In this document: piece by piece, positions 1 through 13,555 of the stretch | How positions within the stretch are numbered: position 1 is the stretch's first letter | How the letters are laid out: the number at the start of each line of letters is the position of its first letter | Assembly (NCBI RefSeq): GCF_001194135.2 | Contig: NC_068995.1 | Coordinates: 5,402,778-5,450,036 of the forward strand | Direction of reading: 5' to 3' | From: Octopus bimaculoides | Taxonomy: Eukaryota | DNA length: 47,259 bases | Position numbers and translations under genes: made by a program | Notes under the pieces: model-generated | The model's database searches: none | Told to the model about the DNA's origin: nothing | The model's input: the letters and a program-made list of their open reading frames with translations, nothing else

Positions 1-70
<70 letters not shown>

Positions 71-2982
71 AATAGGTGTACATACACACACACAAACACA
101 CACACACACACACATATGGTATCCGAATACCGAGCTACGAGAGTAGAGTTCTAATTTCCTCACGTGGTTCTTCTACATTTCTTCTCAAGATATTCCTGTC
201 TTCTGGCATTCAAAGTTGATCTCGGTTTCATTTGAATCCAGATTCTAAAGTTTCGGATGCATTCCTGCAATCTGTTGTTCTACCGTCTTATCATGATAAC
301 TTTTATGAACCAAGGAGGGGAACGGTATGCAGTTGTTTCACCAGCTAGAATATGTGAGCAAGTCTCATTTAAATGTCTTCTTACGATGTCAGAAGTTGAA
401 TCCTTGATGCACACTGCCTGACAAAAGAAGTAAGATCGTTATGAATAAACGCCGTTGGTAATAGAATTACGTGTGCAGTGCTGAGTTGGAGCTAAACAAG
501 AACAGTTCTTGAAACAACAACGGCAGCAACAACAAAAACAACTACGACTCCGTAATACTATTTTTATAAACATTATATCTGTTTACTCTCTATTGTTCTC
601 AATGGAGTGACTTTATTGTGATCACTTCCGGATTAATGACGGTTCATGATCCGATCTTATAGAAATAGTAGCGAAATCTCCATTTTGAATCAGCAGGATA
701 ATAGAGAACGTGATCAACAACAAATAAAATATCTTTTGCAGTCAACATTTGGACTGGACGTTCCCGAGGGTGTCAAGATGGCGGGGTAGTGGGCACTGAC
801 TATTCTTTATTGATTCGAGTCTATCAGTTTTTATCTGTCTCTGTAATGTGTCATCATTCATTGATTTCACCTACTGATATCATATGTCTGCCATTTATCC
901 CCACTCTTTGGTTGTACGCGACAAAACCAGACAAATCACCCATCCATCTCTGTTACATGTCGTCACTCTTTAGTCGCTAAACCTGTCAAATCATGTTTGT
1001 TCAAAGAAGAACACTGTCTACATTGTGGAAGCGTTACGATACACATCATCTTTAATTAGGTTTTGTTGTTGTCCCTTAAACACCAAGTAAGCCTTAGTTA
1101 TGTAGGTCTTTGGTCAAAAGCAATCCAGTCACGACAGTCTCAATTTAGACATCGTTTATCTAATATTGCCAAAGTAATCTTTGACATCTTAATTTCCAGG
1201 TTAGATGATAGAGGTGGAAGTTATGCGTAACCGAGTGGAAGTCTCTCTTGCTGTCTCATTTGTGAACAAATCTTTTTAGTAAAGCAAGCCACCACTACTT
1301 TTCTCACTATCAGCTTTTTATGTAATAAAACGAGGCTATCAAACGAAGAGGGGGAATGGTTTATGTAATAAAACAGTCTCCGTCTCGTTTTCTAACCTCG
1401 TTATGGAGACATTAAAAAAGTTCCCAGGTGGTCAAGGTTTAATTGTTTACAACATCAATGAGACAAATATGAACTTTGATCGGAACGTCATTACTGACAT
1501 GTAGTCATGTCTTCACACGAACTCACCGAAATACATTGACACAAAACTACATACATTATGACGTAAAGAAATACATTTACTCGTGGTTATTAAGCGATTT
1601 ACAAGCTTTAGTATAACAACAATGTAATTCTCTTTAAAATCTCATTAACTGCAACTAATGTTTTATAAACGTTAAAAAATATTAAAAACACACAGGTAAA
1701 AACACAATATCAGCACTAATAATTGAAAGAAAGAAAAATTAATAAAACATGAAAAAAAAAATTGAAATAAGGTAAATATTCATGTGGTATTTTAAAAGCG
1801 AAATGTGAGCGAACGGCTTTTAAGATTTATTCGAGACTAAAACATCTGCAAATATTATTAGAAAATAAATAAAAATCAAACTCCCTATGCAACCCCAACA
1901 AAAGTTAAAACATAACATATAAATATGTAAAGAAATAAAATAAAATATAAAATTTAAGAAATAGAATAAATGTGAAACTCTCCTCTTACTATAAAATTCT
2001 ACAACTTCTTTCCTCACTATAACCTCCCCTACGAAAAAAAAAGTAGAAAAAAAAACAGAAACAAAACGAAAAAGTAATGAAAAATCTTTGGTGAGTTTGT
2101 GACGTTGCCTGAAATATTCACCGTATTTTCAGTGGCACCATGAGACACCTACCAAGCATCAAATTCACTATTTCAATAAAATTGGCATGAACTTGAATAT
2201 TTTAGCGATTTGCATGAAAATCTTGGGTAATTATAACTTAAATACCCACGGGGAATAAAATATCAAATTTTAACTTGCTTTCAAAAACAATAATCATACG
2301 TAAATCATCAGCAATTTAATTATTAATCTTTTCTTTTTAAAACTTTTACTGCCTTTAGTTTTTCTATTTTAGTTTGTTTTTCATTTCATTCAATTTTTTT
2401 AATTTATTTATTTTTACAAATTTTATATTTTCCGTTTCATTTTCAAACTTGAACTAAGTTCTCTCCTCCTCCTATCAGGCTTCCTCTGCTTTTCTAAGTC
2501 TCTCTCTCCCTCTCTGTCCCTCTCTCTCTCTCTCCCCCCTCTCTCTCTCTCTTTCTATCTACATTATTCCTAAAACTTCTCTTCCCTCGTCTTTCTTTTC
2601 TTCTATTTTCTTTCAAAAATAAACACATGTACAAACAATTTCTCTGCTTGGCACATGTTGAAGCTAATTGTATCTCAGACTTTTGCACATTTCGTGATTT
2701 CTGAACGCAACAGGAGTATTGAGAACAAAATGTAAAAAGAAAAGAAAACACAAAACAAAAACACGACACAAATATATGCAATTACAAAGAAGCAAACAAA
2801 AGGAAAAACAAATAACAATACTTCCTTCTTTACACAAACTTTCAGCTCCGACTACGACGACCATCGCTGTCGTTGTCGTCGTACATTTCACTCACCGTCA
2901 GCGCTAACACTGTAACCATAAATTCCACGATTATCACCAAAAGTACTACCACCACTACTACTATTACAAGAAATAACACATC

Positions 2983-3192
2983 ATCATTAGCACACCGGAA
3001 AATTGCTTAGCGACATTTCGTCCGTCATGACGTCCTAAGTTCAAATTCCGCCGAGGTCGACTTTGTCTTTCATCCTTTCGACGTCGATAACTTAAGTACC
3101 AGTGAAACAATCGACTATCTCACCCCCCCCCCAAATTTCAGGCCTTGTGCCTTTAGTAGAAAGGATTATTATTATTATTATTATTATTATTA
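2983..3192 (+). mobile_element. SINE family B with (ATT)n tail
   Basis: GTTCAAATTCCGCCGAGGTCGACTTTG..TTTCATCCTTTCG core and CAGGCCTTGTGCC..GAAAGGATT tail. Confidence 0.85.
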
Positions 3193-3390
3193 AGCGGTGA
3201 GCGTAAGGCGAGCCAGAAGAATCATTAGCACGCTGGGCGAAATGCTTCGCAGCATTTCATCCGTCTTCACGTTCTGGGTTCAAGTTCCGCCGAGGTCTTT
3301 CATTCTTTCGGGGTCGATAAATTAAATACCACTGAAATACTGGGGTCGATGTAATCGACTAGTACCTCCCCACCTCGGCAGAAAGGATTC
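3193..3390 (+). mobile_element. SINE family B, directly after the tail of the previous copy
   Basis: Same head (ATTAGCACGCTGGGCGAAATGCTT), B-box GTTCAAGTTCC and body GGGGTCGATAAATTAAATACC. Confidence 0.85.
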
Positions 3391-4385
3391 ATAAGAACAA
3401 CAGCATATTTAATTGTTATCAATATACTGATGATGCCGACAGTAATGACGATAAAGATTGACATGATGATGATGATGGCAATTATGATGATGATAGTGAT
3501 AAAGAGTATTATAAGGATGATAATGATGGTGATAATGATGATGGAGGTGATAATATAGCTGACGGAAGTTCCACTGCTGCTGATGGCCTAGTTGATATTG
3601 ATGTTGTTGTTGCTGCTGATGGCTATAATGATGATGACATTCTGCTGATGTCATTACTAATCCGGCTTACCATTACTTACAGCAAAATTGATGTTTTTAC
3701 ACGACAGTGGAACATTGTGACGACAATGGCGAAAAGTAAAGTCATGCAGAAAATAGTGAGAAAAAAGAAAAAAAAATGCTCGCTCAGTAGAAAATCATCA
3801 GATTGTACTTAAAGACTTAATTAAAAATTACTCTGGTATGTAAGAAAATGTAACTAATTCTAATTATAATTGCTACGAGTTGATACAAATTGAATGGCAT
3901 ACAATTAAACCTTTAATTAAACCACCTGATTATGTAGATGTTTTAAAAAGGAAGAAAAAACAAAAACAACATAGGAAGCACTACCACCAATGCTTGGCTT
4001 TTGGAAATGCCCCAAGATAATTCTTTTACAATTTTTTGCTTTATTTACGCACTAAGTCTGGAGATTCCTTTTGTGTCTTTTAGAGCATTAGTTTATCTTT
4101 TTAGATTTTGGAATCTTAGAAATAATAAAAATAAAAAGTGATTCGTCAAGATTTAGTGTTGTTGTTGCTGTTCAGATCGAGGTTGGTCTTGATTGTGTAG
4201 GTTCAATACGCAAAGACAATCTGTCCATGTCTATACCAACTTCTTTACAGATGTGTTTAGATATTATTATCAAGGTGGTAGGTATGGATTAAGGAGAGAT
4301 TAAGGAGACAGCAGGTATGAATTAAGGAAAAATCCACTGAAAGAATTTTGCTAGGGATCAGTTTCTTGTTTATAAGAGTTCAGAT

Positions 4386-4422
<37 letters not shown>

Positions 4423-4469
4423 GTGTGTGTGTGTGTGTGTGTGTATGCACACATTCATGTTGCGCTCAG

Positions 4470-4790
4470 TGTATGTGTGAATGGATGGCTTCCCGTCGGT
4501 TTCGAGTATGAGGATTCAGTTTTGCAGTGAACTGAATTAACGTATAAGTGGCAGAGACACGCGTACGCTTAACATAATTCACAGGCAGAATCGGCATGGC
4601 TCGGTGAGTGTCATTACGTGTACAATCCACCCAATGGGCTTTACAGTTCCCATCGCTTCACTTTAACTCACAATTATAGGTCGAGCGGAGGTTGGAAAAA
4701 AATGAATGATGTTTGCGAAAGTTACCACGCGTTGGGATCGTACTCAGAAGCTCATGGTTGTGAGCTGAATTTCTTAACCATTTAATCATG
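4470..4790 (-). mobile_element. Diverged tRNA-headed SINE, family A-like variant
   Basis: Minus-strand head TGGTTAAGAAATTCAGCTCACAACCATGAG..GTACGATCCC, ending next to (TA)n(TG)n. Confidence 0.5.
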
Positions 4791-5319
4791 CATATACATC
4801 ATATACATACACACACGTAGACGTATGCTTATGCCTGTCACATATAAGATAATGTAGACTTACACCAGTGCCTAAGGCTTCGTTCAGTTATGGGTCACTG
4901 GGACTCAACAGGGAGACAATATATGACAAATATATATATAATTAGTAGCAACAGAAACAGTATCGACACCAAAAGGTTATATTTATCGCTACTTAAAAGT
5001 AGATGTTGTGTTAGAACATAGAAAAACTGCGTTAGTTACCATAAAGAAATCTCTCCTATGTACTTGTGGCACATACAAGCACTCGTGTTTATGTCTCACC
5101 TTGGAGATAATAGTCCGTCATCGCCTCAGGGACTACCAGATCATTTGATTTCAGCCTTCCATTGTCTTGTCAGTAGTAGGTGCCCGATGCTAAATATAGC
5201 ACTGATTCCTCCGACAGTGATATACATAGAATCTCAGGGCCTAGTGAGGCACCGGTCTTGCAGAACTTTTTGCATCCTAAAATGAATAATCTATTCCACT
5301 CACCAAAATAACAATAACG

Positions 5320-5455
5320 AGACCAGAAATTTGAAGGGAAACAATAGGTCGATTACATCGATCTCACTGCTTGGTTGGTACTTTATATTCCGCCGAACTG
5401 ACATTAGTGGGATTTGAAACCAAAACTTAAACAGATGTAACTAACGATTCTACTA
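5320..5455 (-). mobile_element. SINE family B, diverged
   Basis: GTCGATTACATCGATC..TGGTACTTTAT..GGATTTGAAAC matches the family B reverse complement. Confidence 0.55.
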
Positions 5456-6534
5456 ATAACGAATTTTTAATAATAATTCTAAATAATGAAGATAAATGAC
5501 GACTCTGGATGTGGAGATAAACCGACGATAATATTGGTAACGAGGATTATAATGATGGGGATGGAGACGACGGTGTCGGAGATGACGACGGCTAATATGC
5601 TGACGACAATGATGTTGGCGACCACGGCCATGACGACTATTATTATTATGATAAGAAATAAACACTAATCTTATAAACATATCTAACTTTTAATTATCAT
5701 CCTGCACTTTTTCTTCATCATCATCTTCCTGTTTCTCGTTTTTGTTCTTCCGCTTCCCCGCCCCCACACCTTTCACCGTCGTTTCTTCCCCCTCCCACAC
5801 TTTATTTTGGATTACGACAAACAAGGACACACACAAACACACACACCACACACACCACACACACACATACACACAATAAGAAACTCACTCTCACATATAC
5901 ACACACAGACAAACACAGAAACGCTTATACAAACACTTACATACACACACAACGAACACATGCACAGAACCCACCCACCCCACCCACCCCAATCCCCTCC
6001 AAAACAAAAATTTATAAACGAAAACCAAATTTCATTTCTTTAATTCATTAACGTAACGGAGTAATTGCTTAATTGGCTCACGAGTCTGGGGAGATTAGGA
6101 TTGACTCTCCTATGAGATAAAAAAACCATAAAAATATATACTAAATATTCCTCGAATTCTGCTTAATTAATAACAATTAATAATTATTAGGTTTTGGGGA
6201 TGTGTGGAGGGGGAGAAAAAGTTTCTTTTTACTAATTATTTTTTGTGGGATGGTGGTGGCGCCGGTGGTGGTATATTTTTTATTTAGTTTTTATCGTTTA
6301 CAATTAGTTTTCATATTTACTGTTAGTCACTCACTCTCCCCCTCTCCCCCTCTCTCTCTTTTCCCTTCTCTTTCGATACTTTGCACCTCTCTCTTGCTGT
6401 CCTCATATCTATGTCTCACTCTCCATCCTGTATCTCACTCTTTATGTCCTTTTGCTTTCTTCCTTACTCTCTCCCTATATGGGAGCGTGTACATACACGT
6501 ATATACGTATATATCTACCTATATATATATATAT

Positions 6535-7300
6535 NNNNNNNNNNNNNNNNNNNNNNNNNNNNNNNNNNNNNNNNNNNNNNNNNNNNNNNNNNNNNNNNNN
6601 NNNNNNNNNNNNNNNNNNNNNNNNNNNNNNNNNNNNNNNNNNNNNNNNNNNNNNNNNNNNNNNNNNNNNNNNNNNNNNNNNNNNNNNNNNNNNNNNNNNN
6701 NNNNNNNNNNNNNNNNNNNNNNNNNNNNNNNNNNNNNNNNNNNNNNNNNNNNNNNNNNNNNNNNNNNNNNNNNNNNNNNNNNNNNNNNNNNNNNNNNNNN
6801 NNNNNNNNNNNNNNNNNNNNNNNNNNNNNNNNNNNNNNNNNNNNNNNNNNNNNNNNNNNNNNNNNNNNNNNNNNNNNNNNNNNNNNNNNNNNNNNNNNNN
6901 NNNNNNNNNNNNNNNNNNNNNNNNNNNNNNNNNNNNNNNNNNNNNNNNNNNNNNNNNNNNNNNNNNNNNNNNNNNNNNNNNNNNNNNNNNNNNNNNNNNN
7001 NNNNNNNNNNNNNNNNNNNNNNNNNNNNNNNNNNNNNNNNNNNNNNNNNNNNNNNNNNNNNNNNNNNNNNNNNNNNNNNNNNNNNNNNNNNNNNNNNNNN
7101 NNNNNNNNNNNNNNNNNNNNNNNNNNNNNNNNNNNNNNNNNNNNNNNNNNNNNNNNNNNNNNNNNNNNNNNNNNNNNNNNNNNNNNNNNNNNNNNNNNNN
7201 NNNNNNNNNNNNNNNNNNNNNNNNNNNNNNNNNNNNNNNNNNNNNNNNNNNNNNNNNNNNNNNNNNNNNNNNNNNNNNNNNNNNNNNNNNNNNNNNNNNN
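6535..7300. other. Assembly gap, largest of 11 N-runs (others: 8324-8570, 11500-11780, 12535-12826, 18766-19231, 21499-21602, 24656-25003, 27712-27721, 45466-45833, 46280-46289, 46683-46692)
   Basis: N characters; almost all abut (TA)n, (CA)n or (TACA)n. Confidence 1.
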
Positions 7301-8265
7301 NGTTGTCCCGTTCTGGCATTGCTGTAGCTTTCAATGCCAAAATTTGGCACTATTCCTTCCAGGATCTTCCAGATGTATATTACTGCATACCTCTCCCGCC
7401 TTCTCTCCAGGGAGTAGAGTCTTAGCTGTTTCAGCCTTTCCCATTAGCTGAGCAGTTGCAAAGAGACGATCTTCTTTGTGAATCTTCTCTGGATTGCTTC
7501 AAGGTCCGCTGTTAATTTCACACTGTTGAGTGACCATAGCTGGGAGCTGTAATCCAGGCGGCTGAGGACAAATGTCCTCCAGAGTACCATCATGGTTTCC
7601 TTATTTCTGGTTCTGAATGTTCTTAAGATCCATCCAGCCAGTCGTCTGCACTTTGTCGCCATCCTGGTAATGTGCACTTGGAAAGAGGTATCATCACTCA
7701 TGTCGATACCCAGGTCCCTCACTGATTTAGGCTCTGGGATTGAAATTCCCTGTGGACCAGTGGACCCTGTAAGTTTTGGACGCTGGTAGCGCAGGGCTTG
7801 AAATTTGTCAGCATTAAACTGCATATTATTATCCTCAGCCCATCTGTAAATTGAGTCCAACTCCTGCTGCAGATGTGAACTTCTGCATCCTCTATATCAG
7901 GGCTGATGTGAGTTTCCACGAGTGTTATGCATAGGGCTTGAATGCATTCAGCAAGATATCACAGGAAAGAAATTTTGCTTTTATTATAATGCAACAGGTC
8001 CCCAATATTTAGTAAAAATATTGGCGTTACGACTGTGCAGGCGTTAGAGGAGGCCATCTTTATTTCTGTCTGGGTTTGTGTTCCTCTGGTTGTCCAATGG
8101 GGTGAGGGCTCTGTTCCTTTGTAGGACCACTGACACAGAGGACCATTGGCACACAAGGGTTTCTAGTTACTGTTTTCTTGGCACCCTTATCCTTTTCTGC
8201 CTGGTCGTTCACAGAGGTGGGTGATCCATTCTTTTGAGGAACCACCGAATGTACCCTTATCAGAC
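7301..8265 (-). mobile_element. CR1/L2-group (APE-type) LINE, internally deleted: end of putative ORF1, N-terminus of APE endonuclease, and C-terminal part of RT ORF2
   Basis: The minus strand reads LQQELDSIYRWAEDNNMQFNADKFQ...VRDLGIDMS...RLDYSSQLWS...LEAIQRRFTK...*WERLKQLRLYSLERRRERY, the typical post-RT region of CR1/L2/Jockey-group ORF2. Upstream, ATG 8057 gives FLLNIGDL...*...LVETHISPDIEDAEVHI, matching APE motifs I and II. In-frame stops are present. The 3' end runs into a gap. Confidence 0.9.
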
Positions 8266-8571
8266 GGTACACACACGTATACATATGTATACATATGGTC
8301 ATATATATATATATATATATATANNNNNNNNNNNNNNNNNNNNNNNNNNNNNNNNNNNNNNNNNNNNNNNNNNNNNNNNNNNNNNNNNNNNNNNNNNNNN
8401 NNNNNNNNNNNNNNNNNNNNNNNNNNNNNNNNNNNNNNNNNNNNNNNNNNNNNNNNNNNNNNNNNNNNNNNNNNNNNNNNNNNNNNNNNNNNNNNNNNNN
8501 NNNNNNNNNNNNNNNNNNNNNNNNNNNNNNNNNNNNNNNNNNNNNNNNNNNNNNNNNNNNNNNNNNNNNNN

Positions 8572-8616
<45 letters not shown>

Positions 8617-9220
8617 CATATGCCTATATACATACACGCACATATATGTGCATATATACACATATACATGCACACACACACACACACACACCCACACACA
8701 CACTCACATATAGGTTTATGGAGACATATATAAGATTTATAAACACATAAGTGTAATTGGTAAACTGCGAATAATCAGATATTGTTTTATCTAACATTTC
8801 TTAATAAGTTTCACGCTGTTGCTTCGTACAACAAGCATAAGTGGAAAGAAGAGAAAATAAGAAACGAATGAAACAACAACAACATCAATACAACGACAAC
8901 GGAAGGGTAACAAAAAAAAAGTCAATCTTATAGACTGAATTGTTAAACTTAAAATCTTTTTATTCTTAGCAAATGTAGCAAAGTTGTGACGAATTAGATT
9001 AACGTTGTTGTCACTGTTGGAGCTAAGAGATATTTAAACTGATTTCAAGTCTTTTAGTAATTGACGAAGTCTAGAAAGAATGCGTAGAAACAAATCTAAT
9101 GTAAAAGATATAATCAAGGGAATCATGGCTGCTAATCATACAGGCAACCAGGTAGCAGCTATTAACAATAATTAGCTGTTATTATTCACTCCTGGTTGAT
9201 TTGACTAGGTTTTTGCGTGC

Positions 9221-9305
<85 letters not shown>
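9221..9305. repeat. Compound microsatellite (ATT)n(GTT)n
   Basis: Direct read. Confidence 0.95.
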
Positions 9306-9306
<1 letters not shown>

Positions 9307-9904
9307 AAGTTGATTTGGTTTTTGTCAATAATCATATTTATACGGCTTGTTTGCTAAATAACATATATTGTTAATAATGCTGTTTTATCATTTTTTTGTG
9401 CGTGTGTTATTGTGGGGAGCAGCAAATGGTGTGCTTCTAACCACCCCACATACATTTACTGTTAAGATAAACATATTTAATACGATAATGGTAGTACTGG
9501 TGTGATACTGATTGAGCTGATAGAAGAGGTGATAGTGGTGGAAGCATAGTGGTGATAACGGTGTTGTTGTGGTGATAGTGGTACTGGTTGTGGTGGTAAT
9601 CGCGGTGATGCAATGGAAGCAAGTTAAATGTTTTAGATTTCTGAGTTACCTCCCACAATCTCCCTTCAACGCACACACTATGTACATATTCACACAACAC
9701 ACAAATACACACGCACGCACGCAAACCCACACACATTTATATACACATACCACACATAAATACACACTGTACAAACAAAAAAGGTACGTAAATATACGTG
9801 TGACTTACATGTGCACACATCGCGCACACATATACACACTGCGTGCATATATACATCCCATGCACACTAGTATATAATACGGTCCCTTCATACCACTCTC
9901 CCAC

Positions 9905-10040
9905 ATCACTTGTAATTTATTTGATCGACCTTCGATGGATGAAATGTAGAGTTGGATTCGCCAGATTTGAACGCAGAGCTGGATGGAATACCGCAAAATA
10001 TTTTGTCCGACGCTCTAAAGTTTCTGCTAAAGCACCGCTC
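9905..10040 (-). mobile_element. SINE family B, diverged
   Basis: ATCGACC..GGATGAAA..GATTTGAAC..AATACCGCAAAATATTTTGTCCGACGCTCTAA. Confidence 0.65.
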
Positions 10041-10042
10041 TA

Positions 10043-10138
<96 letters not shown>

Positions 10139-10164
10139 GACGACGACGACGACGACGACTACTA
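10043..10164. repeat. Compound microsatellite (CTA)n(CGA)n
   Basis: Direct read. Confidence 0.95.
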
Positions 10165-10179
10165 ATGGTTTCAAATTTT

Positions 10180-10310
10180 AGCACAAGACCAGCAAGTTCG
10201 GGATGGGTAAGTCCATTACATCGATCCTAGTGATCAACTGGTATTTACTTGATCGACTTTGCCTTTCATCCGTTCAAGGTGAACTGAAACCAAAATCTGA
10301 ATTCGAGATC
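10180..10310 (-). mobile_element. SINE family B with an internal 21-bp inversion
   Basis: Minus-orientation flanks surround a plus-orientation core TTTGCCTTTCATCCGTTCAAG. Confidence 0.65.
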
Positions 10311-11419
10311 AGGCATTGTTTGATGAAGAATTACTGTTTAATCATCACCGCATAAACGAAATGGATGTCTATAGATTCTAGTATTAAGTTGATTGAAGCA
10401 ACATTGAAAACATGGAGGGTGCTCTGTAAGTCTCTCTATAAGTTGCTGATGTGGTGCTGGCAAGGGCAGCTACTCAGTATATGACGTGTACTGTAAGTAT
10501 TTGTATTGGAAAAATACTGTTACTAATCTTAGAGTGTAGTGAGCTCACATGCAATTAGTGACACATAAAATTATGCCACCTGATGGGTATATGTGTGGAG
10601 AAAAGCATTGCATTCTGGAGAAAATTTCGGGACCAGCAACACATAAATAAGCTACATTAGGCTTATCGAAAAAATCTTTTTTAACAGATGTATGCATCAA
10701 CACAACAGCTAATCAGGTGATCACAAAATACAAAATTAACCCCCAACAACTCTTTCAAAGTATATTTGGTAAAGACATGACAAAAATCAAGCATTGTATG
10801 AGTGGTGTTGGAAAAAACAAAAAACAAAAAACAAAGAAATTCCAAAACCGACGAAAGGTATATGGTCTTGTCATGAAAATTAACTTCCCCTAATGTTCAC
10901 CCGCTCGCACCAATTTTAAAATAAAGAAGGAGCTAATGTCAAATTCCTAAAACAGGGACATATATTTCCCGAAGAGTTTCAAAGAACTCCTGCAAATACA
11001 GTAGAGATGGCAACCATTGAAACACACCACTGAATAAGCTTTAAGCTATCTTATTTCTTCGAAACCAGCTAATATGTTTAGATATACAGTATCATTGCGT
11101 AAGAGACATAAATTAACGCTTATGGTACTCGGCATACTTATAACACAAGTGTGTACTGTGTATAAACAAGACCTCTGCTGAATTATATATACATAAATAA
11201 ATTGGTACTTAACGCTGGGGTGGGGTGCAGAAACATATGCTGTGATATATCATTAAAGGTTGCCAATTTCCAACCTTTTGTTATTATGTATTTATATATG
11301 TAGATCGGCTGCAGGATTCGTTAGAATCTAATTACATCAACAAGAAGGGCACCAGGATTGGCTGGGTATATTCAGCTTAAAGCACGTTGAAGCAAGTCGC
11401 AGTTGTAATTTGTCGGAAG

Positions 11420-11450
<31 letters not shown>

Positions 11451-11462
11451 ATGCGCACACAC

Positions 11463-11499
<37 letters not shown>

Positions 11500-11780
11500 N
11501 NNNNNNNNNNNNNNNNNNNNNNNNNNNNNNNNNNNNNNNNNNNNNNNNNNNNNNNNNNNNNNNNNNNNNNNNNNNNNNNNNNNNNNNNNNNNNNNNNNNN
11601 NNNNNNNNNNNNNNNNNNNNNNNNNNNNNNNNNNNNNNNNNNNNNNNNNNNNNNNNNNNNNNNNNNNNNNNNNNNNNNNNNNNNNNNNNNNNNNNNNNNN
11701 NNNNNNNNNNNNNNNNNNNNNNNNNNNNNNNNNNNNNNNNNNNNNNNNNNNNNNNNNNNNNNNNNNNNNNNNNNNNNNNN

Positions 11781-11823
<43 letters not shown>

Positions 11824-12493
11824 ATATTTGTTGTGTAAGATCACTTATCAAAGGTTACCTATTTTTGTCTATTCTTCCTTGTCATAGGAAACTGTGTCGC
11901 AAACCCAGGAATTTATAATTTTTATAGATGTTTGCTGCAGATTTGTTAAAACATACGTTGTAAATCCTAATTATGCTGAAAGCTGAGAGACATGTCTCTT
12001 ATAAACGTGTGTGTGTGAGTGTGTGTGTGTGTGTGTGTGTGTATAAATATGAAAATAGGGTAACGTAAAATGAGGAACTGTTGAGAACGAAGGATAAAAT
12101 AAGAATGGAAGAAGAAAAGAAGCAGAAATAATACAAGAAAGAATCAAATGCCTGATAGATTATAGAATATATCGGAACATGGTTCTTTGGAACTAAAAGA
12201 CGAGCCAACATATTTATTCTTTGGAGCTTTATTATACACACACACATATGTATATATATATACATATATACACTAACGTATATGTACAAATACATGCATG
12301 GATAAGCACACACATACTTACAGTTACAAATATGTGTACGTACATACATACGTGCGTGCGTACATATGTAATTAGTTAAAAGAGTGAGTAAAGAAGAGAA
12401 AAAAAGCCGGAACATATCTGTGTATTGATTTAGATAAGCTGTAAATATGTAGTTGTAGTAAGAGGAAGGAAATCACGTATATTGATTGGATGG

Positions 12494-12534
<41 letters not shown>

Positions 12535-12826
12535 NNNNNNNNNNNNNNNNNNNNNNNNNNNNNNNNNNNNNNNNNNNNNNNNNNNNNNNNNNNNNNNNNN
12601 NNNNNNNNNNNNNNNNNNNNNNNNNNNNNNNNNNNNNNNNNNNNNNNNNNNNNNNNNNNNNNNNNNNNNNNNNNNNNNNNNNNNNNNNNNNNNNNNNNNN
12701 NNNNNNNNNNNNNNNNNNNNNNNNNNNNNNNNNNNNNNNNNNNNNNNNNNNNNNNNNNNNNNNNNNNNNNNNNNNNNNNNNNNNNNNNNNNNNNNNNNNN
12801 NNNNNNNNNNNNNNNNNNNNNNNNNN

Positions 12827-12865
<39 letters not shown>

Positions 12866-13338
12866 TATAAGCATGCATGCATAACTATGCATACATTCAC
12901 GTATATATAGACACATATGTTTACGTATTGTATATGTTCGTATACAAACGGAACGACATATTATACGTCCTTGCATAACTATTCTACACATGTATGAATA
13001 TATTTATGTATCTAAGTATATAGGTATATGTATACATATCTATACGCACATGAAAGCAAACATACACATGTATACCTATATATGTGTATATATATATTTA
13101 TACATATGTATGCAATGATGTATGTATGCAAATATATATATATGCACATACATATATATGCATAAATATATATGTGTGTGTATGTGTGTGTGTGTGTGTG
13201 AGTGTGTGTGTGTGCTTGTGAGTGCACATGCATGTACTGATATACATGCTACCTGGTGTAAGATCAATATGCATTATCAAATGGTACAATCAGAAAAACA
13301 TATGAAAATAGTACTAAAAATATGAGGACATAAATAAC

Positions 13339-13384
<46 letters not shown>

Positions 13385-13504
13385 TTAATAATAATAATAA
13401 AAATAAAAAGAACAACAACAGTGACAATAACAACTATAATACATAGTTAGTAGGTCCGTGTATCGGAGATATGGAACGCTTTGTGCGTGTATGTATAACT
13501 TGTT

Positions 13505-13555
<51 letters not shown>

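Noticed and set aside
6202-7451. Long ORFs of 270-407 aa, and similar ones at 8.2, 11.4, 12.4, 18.6, 24.5 and 45.4 kb
   Set aside because: They span N-gaps and dinucleotide repeats (YIYI/HTHT/CVCV), so they are artefacts.
9843-10230. Poly-T, poly-L and poly-S ORFs, and similar poly-amino-acid ORFs at 3.4, 18.1, 22.8, 29.5, 32.6 and 39.2 kb
   Set aside because: These are translations of trinucleotide microsatellites.
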